64,000 nucleotides of DNA, taken from an uncultured Acidimicrobiia bacterium (GTDB taxonomy: Bacteria > Acidobacteriota > Terriglobia > Versatilivoradales > Versatilivoraceae). A program made the translations under genes and the position numbers. Below are positions 38,764 through 49,297 of this stretch, piece after piece (within the stretch, counting starts at the first letter, position 1; each line of letters starts with the position of its first letter). The stretch lies in NCBI GenBank assembly GCA_963786955.1, contig CAWBAT010000005.1, positions 1,440,001-1,504,000 of the forward strand, read 5' to 3'. The notes below the pieces were generated by a model. It saw only the letters and a program-made list of their open reading frames with translations. It did no database searches and was not told the DNA's origin.

Positions 38764-39057
38764 GAAGTTTCCTTTTGGGTTGAACAGGACTGCATCGCTT
38801 TGTGCAAAATGCAAAACTATCACGCGGCAGAGATTTTCTCAACCTGCGAACAAATGACCGATAAGAGGACCCCTGAATTTCAGGCGCCCGAATATTCCGT
38901 CGGGGGCATACAGCGCGCGGGTTTCAACTCAAACTCTAAAGCCCGAGTCTATCTTCAGGCAGAAGGCTGTCTCCCCACCTGTACTGAGGGAGTCTCGAAT
39001 CAATATGCTATACTTTTATCCTTTCCTGGTCGTTGGGGCTCGATTCTTAAACAACTC

Positions 39058-40560
39058 ATGACAAAACTAGAACTCCTAAAGATAAGACTCGCGGAAGTAT
39101 GTGACCTGAATAACAGTGCATCCGTACTCGGTTGGGACCAACAAACCTTTATGCCTCACGGAGCCGGTATGAGCAGGGCGGAACAACTGGCAACGTTGGG
39201 TCGACTTTCCCATGAAAAGTTTGTCACTCCAGAAATTGGAGAACTGATTGAAGGCAGTGGGCTGGAGTGTGCGGACTCCCCCTATGAATCGGACGAAGCC
39301 AGTCTTGTTCGAATTGTTCGAAGAGAGTACGAACGGGCCTGCAAAATCCCACCATCCTTGGTGGCTGACATTGCGAGAGCCTCTTCACTTGGGATGGAAG
39401 CCTGGTTAACGGCCCGTGAACGGGCTAACTTCAGCTTGTTTCAGGATGCGCTGGAAAGAATTTTTGAGTTACATCGTCAACTCTCTGCGTGTTTGGGATT
39501 TCGCGACAACATTTATGATCCCTTGTTAGACCATTACGAACCGGGAATGACAACCTCTTTATTGAAAGAACTGTTTGCCGAGCTGAAGCAAACCCTCATT
39601 CCACTAGTCCACAAAGTTTCTCAGAAATTGGATTTCGTGGACGATTCGGTTTTGCACTGTCATTATGCCGAAAAAGCCCAATGGGACTTCGGAGTAGAAG
39701 CGCTCAAGAGAATAGGATTTGACTTCGAGAGAGGCCGGCTAGATAAGTCCGTGCATCCCTTTACAACTTCTTTTTCTATTAATGATGTTCGCATGACAAC
39801 CCGGATTGAGGAGAATTACTTCCCGGGGGCTTTCGGAGGAACCCTCCACGAAGGAGGGCATGCCCTGTACGAACAAGGAGTCAGCCCCGCCTTAGAGCGA
39901 ACTTTTCTGGCGGGAGGGGCTTCTCTAGGAGTCCATGAATCCCAATCGAGGCTTTGGGAGAACATCATTGGTAAGAGTCGAGGGTTCTGGAAATTTTTTC
40001 TCCCTAGGCTCCGGGAAAAGTTTCCTGAAAACTTAAGCCGTTGTTCACTCGATGATTTCTTCCGCGCGCTGAATCGCGTCATGCCTTCTTTCATTCGAAT
40101 CGAGGCAGATGAGCTGACGTACAACTTGCATATTCTTCTCCGCTATGAACTCGAAATCGATTTGCTGGAAGATCGCCTTCAAGTGGCGGACTTACCGGCT
40201 GCTTGGAATTCGAAAATGAACGAATACCTCAGCCTTGTTCCTTCCAATGATGCCCAAGGCGTCTTGCAGGACGTTCATTGGTCGAACGGTTTAATTGGCT
40301 ACTTTCCGACTTATACTTTGGGGAACCTCATTTCCGCACAGATTTTTGAAAAGGCCACTGAACTCCAGCCGGAGATTCTCTCGGCGATCGAAAACGGAGA
40401 GTTTCTGCCCTTGCTCCAATGGTTAAGGAAAAATATCCACTGGCATGGGAGGAAGTTTACCTCCCAGGAAATATTAAAACGAACCACAGGAGAGTCCCTC
40501 CAACCCTCCTATTACCTGCGCTATCTTCAGAAAAAATATGCAGAAATTTATCAACTCTGA
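39058..40560 (+). CDS. Carboxypeptidase, M32 (Taq) family
   Basis: LGWDQQT, HPF, HEGGH, HESQSR, IRIEADE and GYFPTY. Start set at ATG 39058. Confidence 0.95.
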   Translation: MTKLELLKIRLAEVCDLNNSASVLGWDQQTFMPHGAGMSRAEQLATLGRLSHEKFVTPEIGELIEGSGLECADSPYESDEASLVRIVRREYERACKIPPSLVADIARASSLGMEAWLTARERANFSLFQDALERIFELHRQLSACLGFRDNIYDPLLDHYEPGMTTSLLKELFAELKQTLIPLVHKVSQKLDFVDDSVLHCHYAEKAQWDFGVEALKRIGFDFERGRLDKSVHPFTTSFSINDVRMTTRIEENYFPGAFGGTLHEGGHALYEQGVSPALERTFLAGGASLGVHESQSRLWENIIGKSRGFWKFFLPRLREKFPENLSRCSLDDFFRALNRVMPSFIRIEADELTYNLHILLRYELEIDLLEDRLQVADLPAAWNSKMNEYLSLVPSNDAQGVLQDVHWSNGLIGYFPTYTLGNLISAQIFEKATELQPEILSAIENGEFLPLLQWLRKNIHWHGRKFTSQEILKRTTGESLQPSYYLRYLQKKYAEIYQL

Positions 40561-40735
40561 AAAGTCGCTGCCGACCGTCTTAGACCATGATTATCGAAAA
40601 GACATTCACCGAGAAATGGCCCAGTCTCTTCCTGAAAACAAATCTAAAATTCCAATATTTCTCGGCGGCATGAGCCCAATAGGCAGGCCGGTACTCATCA
40701 TCCCGTTGTAACGATTCTTCGATTGCGAGCAAATC

Positions 40736-41641
40736 ATGCCCGATGTCAGAGGGAAAGCAATTATTATTACCGGAGCCTCCTCCGGAATTGGTGAAGCGAC
40801 GGCCAGACTGCTGGCCCAAAAAGGCGCCGGTCTGACACTCGTGGCGCGGCGCCTGGACCGGCTTTTGGCGCTCAAAACCGATCTGGAGTCAGCCAGAGAG
40901 CATACGGAGCAAGGGACTGCGGGGCAGATCGTCGTGGTTCAGGCGGACGTCACAGTTGCCCGCGACAGGGAATGTATCATTCACGATACACTTCAGTCCT
41001 TCGGGAGAATTGATGGACTGGTCAATAATGCGGGATTTGGGCAACGGGGCCCCGTTGAGTTAGTACCTATTGAAGGCATTCGAAGCAACTTCGAAACCAA
41101 CTTATTTTCCCTGATTGCCCTGACCCAGGGGGTGATCCCGATCATGCGGGATCAGCAGAGTGGAAGAATTGTCAATGTGGGCTCCGTAGCCGGCAAAATT
41201 GCGAGACCGCTGTCTTCTATTTATGATGCGACGAAGCACGCACTGGAAGCCATCACGGACGGGTTGCGTGGCGAGTTGTCTCTATTTGGAATCCAAGTGG
41301 CTCTGATTGAGCCGGGATATATTCTTACTGAATTTCTTGATGTCTCCGATCGAGTCTCGAAATCGGTCCTGGAAAATCCCGGTTCGTACGCCCCCTACTT
41401 TGAAGAATTTTCAAAAACCCGACAGCGGGCAAAGGGTATCGCTGGGCACCCCCACCAGATTGCAGAGTTGATCCTTCAGGCCTTCACCGATGATCGCCCA
41501 CGCTTTCGCTATGCCGGACCGAAGCATGCTCATCTGTTTCTTGCCATGAAGCGGTTCCTTCCGGAAAGGTTGTTTGAATACTTTGTTCTGCGCTCAGTGG
41601 GACTTCATGCCGGGAAAGACAAAGTCCCTGGCTCATTTTGA
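40736..41641 (+). CDS. Short-chain dehydrogenase/reductase
   Basis: TGASSGIG, NNAG, YDATK and IEPG. Confidence 0.93.
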   Translation: MPDVRGKAIIITGASSGIGEATARLLAQKGAGLTLVARRLDRLLALKTDLESAREHTEQGTAGQIVVVQADVTVARDRECIIHDTLQSFGRIDGLVNNAGFGQRGPVELVPIEGIRSNFETNLFSLIALTQGVIPIMRDQQSGRIVNVGSVAGKIARPLSSIYDATKHALEAITDGLRGELSLFGIQVALIEPGYILTEFLDVSDRVSKSVLENPGSYAPYFEEFSKTRQRAKGIAGHPHQIAELILQAFTDDRPRFRYAGPKHAHLFLAMKRFLPERLFEYFVLRSVGLHAGKDKVPGSF

Positions 41642-41698
41642 CATTCTCCCGTGTTGCGGGACCCGTCCGCCACTTGGAAAGGGGGGGCGAGGCTATCG

Positions 41699-42859
41699 TT
41701 AACTTTCATGAAGGAGTTCCATCAAAATTTGGGGAAATTTCCGAAGGAGCGTCAGTTTTAACGTTCGATAATTCTGCCTACCAGAGACAAATGAATTCAT
41801 CGTCGATTGGAGTACCGGGCATCTGCGGGTACATTGAACCATTCTTGTAATGAAATCACTTCCCAGAAACTTTCCAGCATAGAATCTGTCAAACAAGTTT
41901 GCTCCATGGATGAAGTCAGCCATGAAGTCATCCCGACAAGCCTGTGGGTATGTTCCCAAGTTTCTTTGTGAAACGGCCTCGGCCAGCAATTCACCGGAAC
42001 GCAGAGCATAGTAGATTCCTTCACAAGTGATCGGGTCACAGAAGCCTGCGGCATCACCGACCAGTGCCCAGCCGTCTCCACAAAAGGTGTTGTGGTGCAG
42101 TGACTCCGGGCGAAGGGATGGAATAAGAGAGCTATAAATGATCCGGTCCATCGACTCAAAAGCCTCTGGCGATAGAAAATCCTTCATGAATCCGTGGAGA
42201 TACTCCTTGAGCTCTTTCATCCCATAACGGTGCAGCCGGCCGCAAATTCCAATGGAAACATGCTCAGGGCGTGGAAATGCCCAAAGGTACCCGTGAAAAC
42301 TGGGATAGAACTTGATGATGATCCGGTCGTCCATTCCAACCGGTAAGCGATATCCAAAGGTGAGCATCAAGTCCTCTGCGGCAAAACGTGAGCCGAGAAT
42401 CTTTCGAACAAAACTGTTCACCCCGTCGGCTCCAACTAAGAAATCCGCTTCGTGGTTTGCCTGATCCGTCCGAATCAGCCATTGCGAGCCCGTTCTCGAA
42501 AACCCAAGAACTCGTTCCTGAAGGAAGTTGACCCCGTGTGATACGGCAAGGTCCAAGACTATCTTGTTCAGGGTGTTTCGAGAATAGATCGAAAGCGGTG
42601 AGGTCAAGGGAACCGTTACGTTTTGGTTTCGGGGAGAATGAACCTCGATCGCTTGGATGGCCCGATGGGGATGAAAGGCTTCCCGCAGGAATGGGTAGCG
42701 CTCAATCGCTTTAAACGTGACCCCTCCTCCGCAGGGTTTCTCCCATGCCGCACGATAATCAAAGAGGGTTACTTGAAAACCCTTTTGGGCAAGAATGGAA
42801 CTGCATAAGGCTCCACCCGGGCCTCCCCCAATGACGGCAATTTTCATCATACGGGACAT
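41699..42859 (-). CDS. Geranylgeranyl reductase-family FAD-dependent oxidoreductase
   Basis: GGGPGG, KPCGGG, GADG, GYLWAFP and GDAAG...EGIYYA. Confidence 0.88.
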   Translation of the reverse strand: MSRMMKIAVIGGGPGGALCSSILAQKGFQVTLFDYRAAWEKPCGGGVTFKAIERYPFLREAFHPHRAIQAIEVHSPRNQNVTVPLTSPLSIYSRNTLNKIVLDLAVSHGVNFLQERVLGFSRTGSQWLIRTDQANHEADFLVGADGVNSFVRKILGSRFAAEDLMLTFGYRLPVGMDDRIIIKFYPSFHGYLWAFPRPEHVSIGICGRLHRYGMKELKEYLHGFMKDFLSPEAFESMDRIIYSSLIPSLRPESLHHNTFCGDGWALVGDAAGFCDPITCEGIYYALRSGELLAEAVSQRNLGTYPQACRDDFMADFIHGANLFDRFYAGKFLGSDFITRMVQCTRRCPVLQSTMNSFVSGRQNYRTLKLTLLRKFPQILMELLHES

Positions 42860-42873
42860 TCCCCTGTAAATGA

Positions 42874-44598
42874 CTAGATCTGGGCAAAAAAAGCGCTACA
42901 AATCCACCCTGTCAACAGACTACTAAACAAGGCAGAAGCCGCACAGCTTTGAGTTCTGGCAAAGACCCATCCAGAACCAATCCAGCCCAGTAGACTCATG
43001 ATGGCAAGCCCTGGCAGTAGTAAGAGTATTAAAAACTGAGCATTGTTCAATAAGAAAAAACCCAGCATCAAGGAGGTGGCCAATATTAACCGAGTAGATA
43101 GGAAATGACCGACGAGCCGCCAGTTCCCCTCGAGCTTCAGAAAATTACGGAAGACCCACTCATCCCAGAGGAAGAAAGGCAATGTGCTGAGTGTGATTAC
43201 CGGAAAACGCCACCCACGAAGGAGTGTCAATTCCAAATACGCGAAATGATTGGAGATCAATACAAACGGATACAACACCAGTAGCAAAAATCCTGCCAGC
43301 CCGCAGAAGACATTTCTTGGCGCGAGATTTAGGGCCTGAACAGAAGGAGTCTTCCAAACAAGAAGGGCCATTCCGGTGATCGAAAGAAAGCCGCTAAGGA
43401 AGCCACCGCCTAAAAGATGAAGTCTTTCCCATGGGTTAAACCCTTTCAATGCGATCAGAGACAAGAAAGTAGAAAGCGCAAAGGCCCCATAAATTTGAAA
43501 ACCCGTCACCGGGCTTTTAGGGGGATCGGCTGTCGTCAGGGAAATCTCCGCTGCACCCTCGACCTGACTGGGGCGCTTTAATAAGGCCCTGCTCAGCAGG
43601 GAGAACGAGGGAAACCATGCAGCGAGAGCCGCCATGCAGAGAAGCCCCTTTACAGCAGCTCGAGCGGCCGGAGAGGGATGGGAATTGAAATCTAAAGCAG
43701 AATTTCCAGCGGTCCGGTTTATCCAGCCTTTGATTTCGCGATACGCTTGGGGCAAGAAAAGGCTGCCTGAATGTTCGGTCTGCTCAAGGACAACCATTCG
43801 GTGAGATCCTCCCGGGGTTTCCCATCGATGGAGGCCGTTCGGAAGATGGATCGTGAGGCCCGTTGTCCCTTCAAACAAGAATACAGCCCCGCGTTGGACA
43901 AAGGGGAAGTCATTTTCTCCGTATAGGATCAGTAAATGGGGCGGAGAATCGCGCCTCACCGGGACCGCTGCCGGGGAAAGTGCGATGACACCGGTAACCG
44001 CTGTGTTTTCCTGGGCCGCTTCAATGGCCAGCCCACCTCCCAGCGAATGGCCAATCAGGAAGAAATCGATTTTGGGGTATCCACGGGGATTCGACTCTGG
44101 CAATTGCAGAATCCAGCGTGAAACTTCCTGAACCGCCCGTTGAGATGCCTCCCAGGTAAAGCTTTCCCTAGAGGTCCCATGACCTGGCAAGTCCATCAAG
44201 TAGCATTCAGCACCGGATTGTGCCATCTCAACTGCCATTTGCATCATGACGGATTTGCTGGCCGACAGGCCATGAATGAAAAGTAGCCGAGGAGGATTCT
44301 GCATACCCAATCCCGGGAAGGCCCCTGATGGCAATCTTCTCCGAATACTGATAACCGGGGTCTGGTATTCCGCATGAATCGTCGTGGCATTCCATTCCAG
44401 CGCTTTTTCCATCTGCCGGTTGATCATATGCAAAGAGATGGAAATTCCAAAAATAGCAGTTAACCAGATCGAATCTTTGGACCTGCGATTGAAAAATGTC
44501 GTCATCTCTCCACGATAAGCGGGTCCCAAATTATTGGGCACCCATTTGTTTGGCTGGGCAGTTTGGCTGCGTTCTCTCGCCTGATTATAACGAGGCAT
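42874..44598 (-). CDS. Alpha/beta hydrolase fused to a C-terminal multi-pass membrane domain (start uncertain)
   Basis: HGLSAS, DLPGHG, GHSLGG, YGEND and EHSG, followed by about 8 hydrophobic segments. Confidence 0.75.
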   Translation of the reverse strand: MPRYNQARERSQTAQPNKWVPNNLGPAYRGEMTTFFNRRSKDSIWLTAIFGISISLHMINRQMEKALEWNATTIHAEYQTPVISIRRRLPSGAFPGLGMQNPPRLLFIHGLSASKSVMMQMAVEMAQSGAECYLMDLPGHGTSRESFTWEASQRAVQEVSRWILQLPESNPRGYPKIDFFLIGHSLGGGLAIEAAQENTAVTGVIALSPAAVPVRRDSPPHLLILYGENDFPFVQRGAVFLFEGTTGLTIHLPNGLHRWETPGGSHRMVVLEQTEHSGSLFLPQAYREIKGWINRTAGNSALDFNSHPSPAARAAVKGLLCMAALAAWFPSFSLLSRALLKRPSQVEGAAEISLTTADPPKSPVTGFQIYGAFALSTFLSLIALKGFNPWERLHLLGGGFLSGFLSITGMALLVWKTPSVQALNLAPRNVFCGLAGFLLLVLYPFVLISNHFAYLELTLLRGWRFPVITLSTLPFFLWDEWVFRNFLKLEGNWRLVGHFLSTRLILATSLMLGFFLLNNAQFLILLLLPGLAIMSLLGWIGSGWVFARTQSCAASALFSSLLTGWICSAFFAQI

Positions 44599-44735
44599 CC
44601 TGGGCAGGAGCTAGAGTTAATCTTCAGCAGCGCCACGGGCTTACTCAACTGGAGTGTTCTGTCACATGTTATAATCCTCGCCGATCGGGTTATAAACAGT
44701 ACAAGGGCTATAGGGAGGATTGTAAAGGAGAGAAG

Positions 44736-45218
44736 GTGCAAAAGGTCTTAGATTTTCCTCATTTGCTAGAAGAAGTTCGATCGTTGAAACGCAATGGCCA
44801 TACGATCGTTTTTACGAACGGCTGCTTTGATTTGCTCCACCCTGGACATATCGCCTACCTGCAGGCTGCCCGTCAAATGGGCGATGCGCTAATTGTCGGC
44901 CTGAATAGCGATCGATCCGTGAAAGAGCTGAAAGGAGCAGCACGGCCCATCCTCACGGAAGTAGAGCGTGCATTCATTTTGTCGGGGCTGGAAAGTGTGA
45001 GCTACATCACAATCTTTGATGAAAGCACTCCGTTGAATTTGATTCGGTCCATCCTGCCGGATGTGCTCGTCAAAGGAGGCGATTGGGGACTCTCTGAAAT
45101 TGTCGGACGTAAAGAGGTAGAGGATGCCGGCGGGAAAGTTGTTGCGTTACCCTACGAGTCGGGATACTCAACTTCTCAGATAGTTGAAAGAATCCTCAAG
45201 CAGAATTCGAAAGGATAG
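44736..45218 (+). CDS. rfaE2: D-glycero-beta-D-manno-heptose 1-phosphate adenylyltransferase (stand-alone RfaE domain II / HldC)
   Basis: FTNGCFDLLHPGH, GLNSDRSV, PDVLVKGGDW and STSQIV. GTG start after AGGAG. Confidence 0.9.
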   Translation: MQKVLDFPHLLEEVRSLKRNGHTIVFTNGCFDLLHPGHIAYLQAARQMGDALIVGLNSDRSVKELKGAARPILTEVERAFILSGLESVSYITIFDESTPLNLIRSILPDVLVKGGDWGLSEIVGRKEVEDAGGKVVALPYESGYSTSQIVERILKQNSKG

Positions 45219-45425
45219 GTACCCCAGCCATTCCATGCCGGAAGACAAGATCCCTAGCATCCGAAGACAATTTGATGAATGATTCCGGTTTAAGGAGCGG
45301 ATCATCCAATGACTGATGATTCCCAATCGATATCCTTTCGTCACGCTGTGCCCTATGAGTGAGTTCCCTTAATAAGGATGACTTTCCATCCATTCCTTTC
45401 CATTAATTAGATTCCTAAGATTGAG

Positions 45426-48400
45426 ATGCCAGTGCAGCGTTGGCTTGAAAAATTGACTAAGGCACGGGAATTTGCGGAAATACTTCAGCAAATAGAGTCC
45501 GGCGAGGAAAGAATTGTTCTAACGGGGATCACACCTTCCGCCAAACCGGCATTTCTCGCAGCCCTTCATCGCCTCCTCGAAAAGCCGCTCCTTTACGTGG
45601 GTAGAGACGGCATCAATTATGATTCCTTGCTGAGTGCCACTGCTTTCTATCATGCAACTATTTCTGGAAGAGATGATAAGAGCTTGTCCGTTTTTCCCGC
45701 CATGGAACCCGAGGCGTTTAGCGGCCTATCCCCCCACGCAGAGATTTTGGAAGAGCGTGCGCTCACATTTTGGAGACTCATCCAGGCAAAGCTCGATATC
45801 CTCTTTTGTCCTCTGTCGGCGGCCTTAAATCGAATCCCGGACCTTCATCACATTTTTGCTTCGGTCCCACGTCTGACGATTGGTGTGGAGTACTCTCCGG
45901 AAGTCCTTGTTAATTTCTTGCTAACAGCTGGCTACATTCAAGAAGAGCCTGTGACAAGTCATGGCTCTTTTTCGCTCAGGGGCGGGATCTTAGATGTATT
46001 CCCTCCAGACTCTGAAAATCCCTGCAGAATTGAATTCTTTGGAGATGCAATTGAATCCTTGCGGGAATTTTCCGTGAAATCTCAACGTTCAATCGGGCCC
46101 ACAAAAGAAATTTCTTTTGTCCCAATGCGCGAAACTCTCCTGGATGCTCAAATCATCAAGGAGTGGGGAGAGTTTGCTGAAATCAGCTTTGACCCGACAA
46201 TATATGAAGAATTCTTTAAGAATCAAATGGTTAGTGCCTTGAACGGAGAACATTTTCAAGGGATTGAGTATCTTCTCCCCCTGACATTACCGTTCGATCA
46301 CACCCTTATAGACTTCGCCACTAACTTTTTCCTGGTCATTGATGAGCCTTCTGCCCTTTCTACGGATTTCGAGCATTGGAAGTTAAAGACCCAAAAAGAT
46401 CGAGAAGCCTTGAGATCGCGCGGAATTCCATGTCTCAGGCCCGAAGAGCTCTATGTTGATTTCCAGGACCTTACCCGTTCTCAGTCGAGAAGCCCTGTAG
46501 TCGTGTTTGACCAACTTGGGGTTTTTCAGGAGGCCATCCCTCAACCAGATACCCATGGGATTGAAGAAACAGAAAGGATGCATTCGGCTCATCAAAGACA
46601 AAACAAGCTTTTTTTTGGGGATCATAAAGGCATAGTAATGCCTTCTGAAATTGAGGAATCGGAGGCGTTGATCCATACCGCTCCGCAAAAGGGTGCATCC
46701 GATTCAAAACCCGAAAGATATATCCGTATTGATGGCGAATCGAGGCCATCAAGAAGATTTCACGGAAATTTGAAAGAATTGGTTCAAGAAATTAATCACT
46801 ACTTAGAACGGCGGGCTTACCTTGTTTTCGTTCAGTCAACCCTGGGGAAGGCGGAACGCCTTTATGACATCCTGAAAGAATATGACCTTAAAGTGCACCC
46901 CGTGTTTCGTGCCCAGGAGGAAGACATCGCTCGTGAGGGCATCACATTAGATTTAACTATACTTGTAGTTGTAGGTGAAGTTTATGAAGGATTTGAGCTT
47001 AAATCGGAAAATCTCATTATTTTCGGAGAGACCGATATTTTTGATGAAGTAGAGCTTCTTGCCAGACCCCTTCGCTCAAAGCAAAAGAGTACGACCTTCA
47101 TCTCTAACCTTAGGGAGTTAAGGCCCAGCGATTATGTGGTGCATATTGATCACGGCATCGGGCAATTTCTTGGATTACGTCAAATTATGGCGGATGGTGC
47201 AGGTCGGGAATTTATGGTCATCTCCTTTTTAGGAGACGACAAAATCTATGTTCCTTTGGAAAGAATGGACTTAGTCCAGAAGTACAGCAGTGCAGAAGGG
47301 GCCCGTCCGCAATTGGACAAGCTCGGGGGTGTCACCTGGACGAAAACGAAAAGCCGGGTTAGGAAGTCGATGCGTGACATGGCAGACGACCTGCTGAAAT
47401 TATATGCGCAACGACGAATTTTGCCAGGATTCTCATTCTCTCCCCAGGGGCATTGGCACGAGGAATTTGAAGAAGCCTTCGAGTTCATAGAGACCCTTGA
47501 TCAAGCTTCTGCGATCAGAGATGTATACAAGGACATGGAGTCGGCTATTCCGATGGATCGGCTGCTGTGCGGTGATGTGGGATTTGGAAAAACGGAGGTT
47601 GCTATGCGAGCCGCATTTAAGGCTGTCTTCGACGGGCGGCAAGTCGTCGTCCTGGCTCCAACTACCGTCTTGGTCTACCAGCATTATCTTCGATTCAAAC
47701 AGCGATTCAACGCTTTCCCGATGAACATCGAAATGTTGAGCCGCTTCCGAAAGGCACGTTTACAGGCTGAAATAGTGCAAAAGCTGGGGGTGGGACAGAT
47801 CGATATCCTCATTGGAACGCATCGCCTCTTATCTAAAGATGTTCAGTTTCGTGACCTTGGACTGCTCATTGTTGACGAAGAGCAACAGTTTGGCGTTGTC
47901 CATAAGGAACGACTCAAACAATTAAAGAAAAACGTAGATACCTTAACTATGACCGCAACCCCGATCCCAAGAACACTACATATGTCGTTAGTTGGAATGC
48001 GAGATATGTCCGTTATTGAGACGCCCCCGCGGGATCGACTAGCAATTCAGACATTTGTAGTTCCATTCAACAAGAAGCTTATACAAACCGCAATAGATCA
48101 GGAGCTAAGCCGTGCAGGTCAGGTCTATTTTGTCCACAATCGCGTTCACTCGATTTATTCTGTAGCATCAATGATCCAAAAGCTTTGCCCTGATGCCAGG
48201 GTTCTTGTGGGACACGGGCAAATGGGAGAGAAGGAGCTAGAGACGACAATGCTCAAGTTCGTCAAGCACGAAGCGGATGTTCTGGTTTCTACTACAATTA
48301 TAGAAAACGGATTGGACATCCCATTGGTGAATACACTCATCGTGAATCGGGCGGATCGTTTCGGTTTAGCTCAACTTTACCAGTTACGAGGCCGGGTTGG

Positions 48401-49106
48401 GCGGTCGAATCGGAGAGCGTACGCTTATTTGCTCACCCCACCGGATAAGGCCCTTTCGGGGGTGGCACGTCAACGTTTGGCTGCTCTTAAAGAATTCAGC
48501 GAATTGGGATCTGGATTCAAAATTGCCGCGCTTGATCTGGAACTCCGAGGGGCTGGGAATCTGCTCGGAGGGGAACAACACGGACACATTAATGCTATAG
48601 GATTTGACCTTTACTGTCAGATTTTGGAACGGACGATCCAAGAACTGCAAGGAGGCGAAGTTCTACCCGAGGTCCAGACCCAAATCAACTTAAAGGTATC
48701 GGTGAAAATCCCGACCGAATACATACCGGATGAGCAGCAGCGGTTGAGCATCTACAAAAGGATTTCCTCTTTAAAGCAAGAGTTGGAAATGGATGAACTG
48801 CTCCGTGAACTGGAGGATCGATACGGGGCCGTCCCGAAAGAAGTGGTGAGCTTAATCGAATTTGTGCGGCTGCGCCTAGTGGCGCAAAAGGCCTTAGTTC
48901 ATACGATCGATCGAGAGCGGGATGCTATTTCGATCAGGTTCCACGAAAAGACTCCGGTCCAAGCGCAGCGAGTCGTTGAAGTCGTTTCGTCTCATCCTTC
49001 AATTTCAGTGACGCCAACTGGGGCACTGAAAATGCAAACATCAGGCCTGATCAACGCCGAAATCCTTCCTTCCGTACGAAGCCTTCTCCTGGATCTTCTT
49101 CCATGA
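45426..49106 (+). CDS. mfd: Transcription-repair coupling factor
   Basis: UvrB-like N-terminus (RGGILDVFP), RID (VVHIDHGIG), CGDVGFGKT, DEEQ, TATPIPRT, QLRGRVGRS and the TRG motif (DLELRGAG). Confidence 0.97.
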   Translation: MPVQRWLEKLTKAREFAEILQQIESGEERIVLTGITPSAKPAFLAALHRLLEKPLLYVGRDGINYDSLLSATAFYHATISGRDDKSLSVFPAMEPEAFSGLSPHAEILEERALTFWRLIQAKLDILFCPLSAALNRIPDLHHIFASVPRLTIGVEYSPEVLVNFLLTAGYIQEEPVTSHGSFSLRGGILDVFPPDSENPCRIEFFGDAIESLREFSVKSQRSIGPTKEISFVPMRETLLDAQIIKEWGEFAEISFDPTIYEEFFKNQMVSALNGEHFQGIEYLLPLTLPFDHTLIDFATNFFLVIDEPSALSTDFEHWKLKTQKDREALRSRGIPCLRPEELYVDFQDLTRSQSRSPVVVFDQLGVFQEAIPQPDTHGIEETERMHSAHQRQNKLFFGDHKGIVMPSEIEESEALIHTAPQKGASDSKPERYIRIDGESRPSRRFHGNLKELVQEINHYLERRAYLVFVQSTLGKAERLYDILKEYDLKVHPVFRAQEEDIAREGITLDLTILVVVGEVYEGFELKSENLIIFGETDIFDEVELLARPLRSKQKSTTFISNLRELRPSDYVVHIDHGIGQFLGLRQIMADGAGREFMVISFLGDDKIYVPLERMDLVQKYSSAEGARPQLDKLGGVTWTKTKSRVRKSMRDMADDLLKLYAQRRILPGFSFSPQGHWHEEFEEAFEFIETLDQASAIRDVYKDMESAIPMDRLLCGDVGFGKTEVAMRAAFKAVFDGRQVVVLAPTTVLVYQHYLRFKQRFNAFPMNIEMLSRFRKARLQAEIVQKLGVGQIDILIGTHRLLSKDVQFRDLGLLIVDEEQQFGVVHKERLKQLKKNVDTLTMTATPIPRTLHMSLVGMRDMSVIETPPRDRLAIQTFVVPFNKKLIQTAIDQELSRAGQVYFVHNRVHSIYSVASMIQKLCPDARVLVGHGQMGEKELETTMLKFVKHEADVLVSTTIIENGLDIPLVNTLIVNRADRFGLAQLYQLRGRVGRSNRRAYAYLLTPPDKALSGVARQRLAALKEFSELGSGFKIAALDLELRGAGNLLGGEQHGHINAIGFDLYCQILERTIQELQGGEVLPEVQTQINLKVSVKIPTEYIPDEQQRLSIYKRISSLKQELEMDELLRELEDRYGAVPKEVVSLIEFVRLRLVAQKALVHTIDRERDAISIRFHEKTPVQAQRVVEVVSSHPSISVTPTGALKMQTSGLINAEILPSVRSLLLDLLP

Positions 49107-49297
49107 GCTTAATTTACCCTGATTCTACAAGCGAGTACAAGAATGGGCTTCCCGGGAGGAGTCATTGCCCCGGCCATATGAAATCCCGCTTAACAACTCG
49201 TTTAATTTCGGCTATCATCTTGATATATCAATGGATGTTTTACGCGAGGGCGTCAGAGCACCAATGATGGAAGAAGTGCTGATCAGTAATTGTCACT

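Noticed and set aside
38665-39057. 131-aa N-terminal extension of the M32 peptidase
   Set aside because: It overlaps the divergent gene and promoter region, and M32 similarity begins near 39058.
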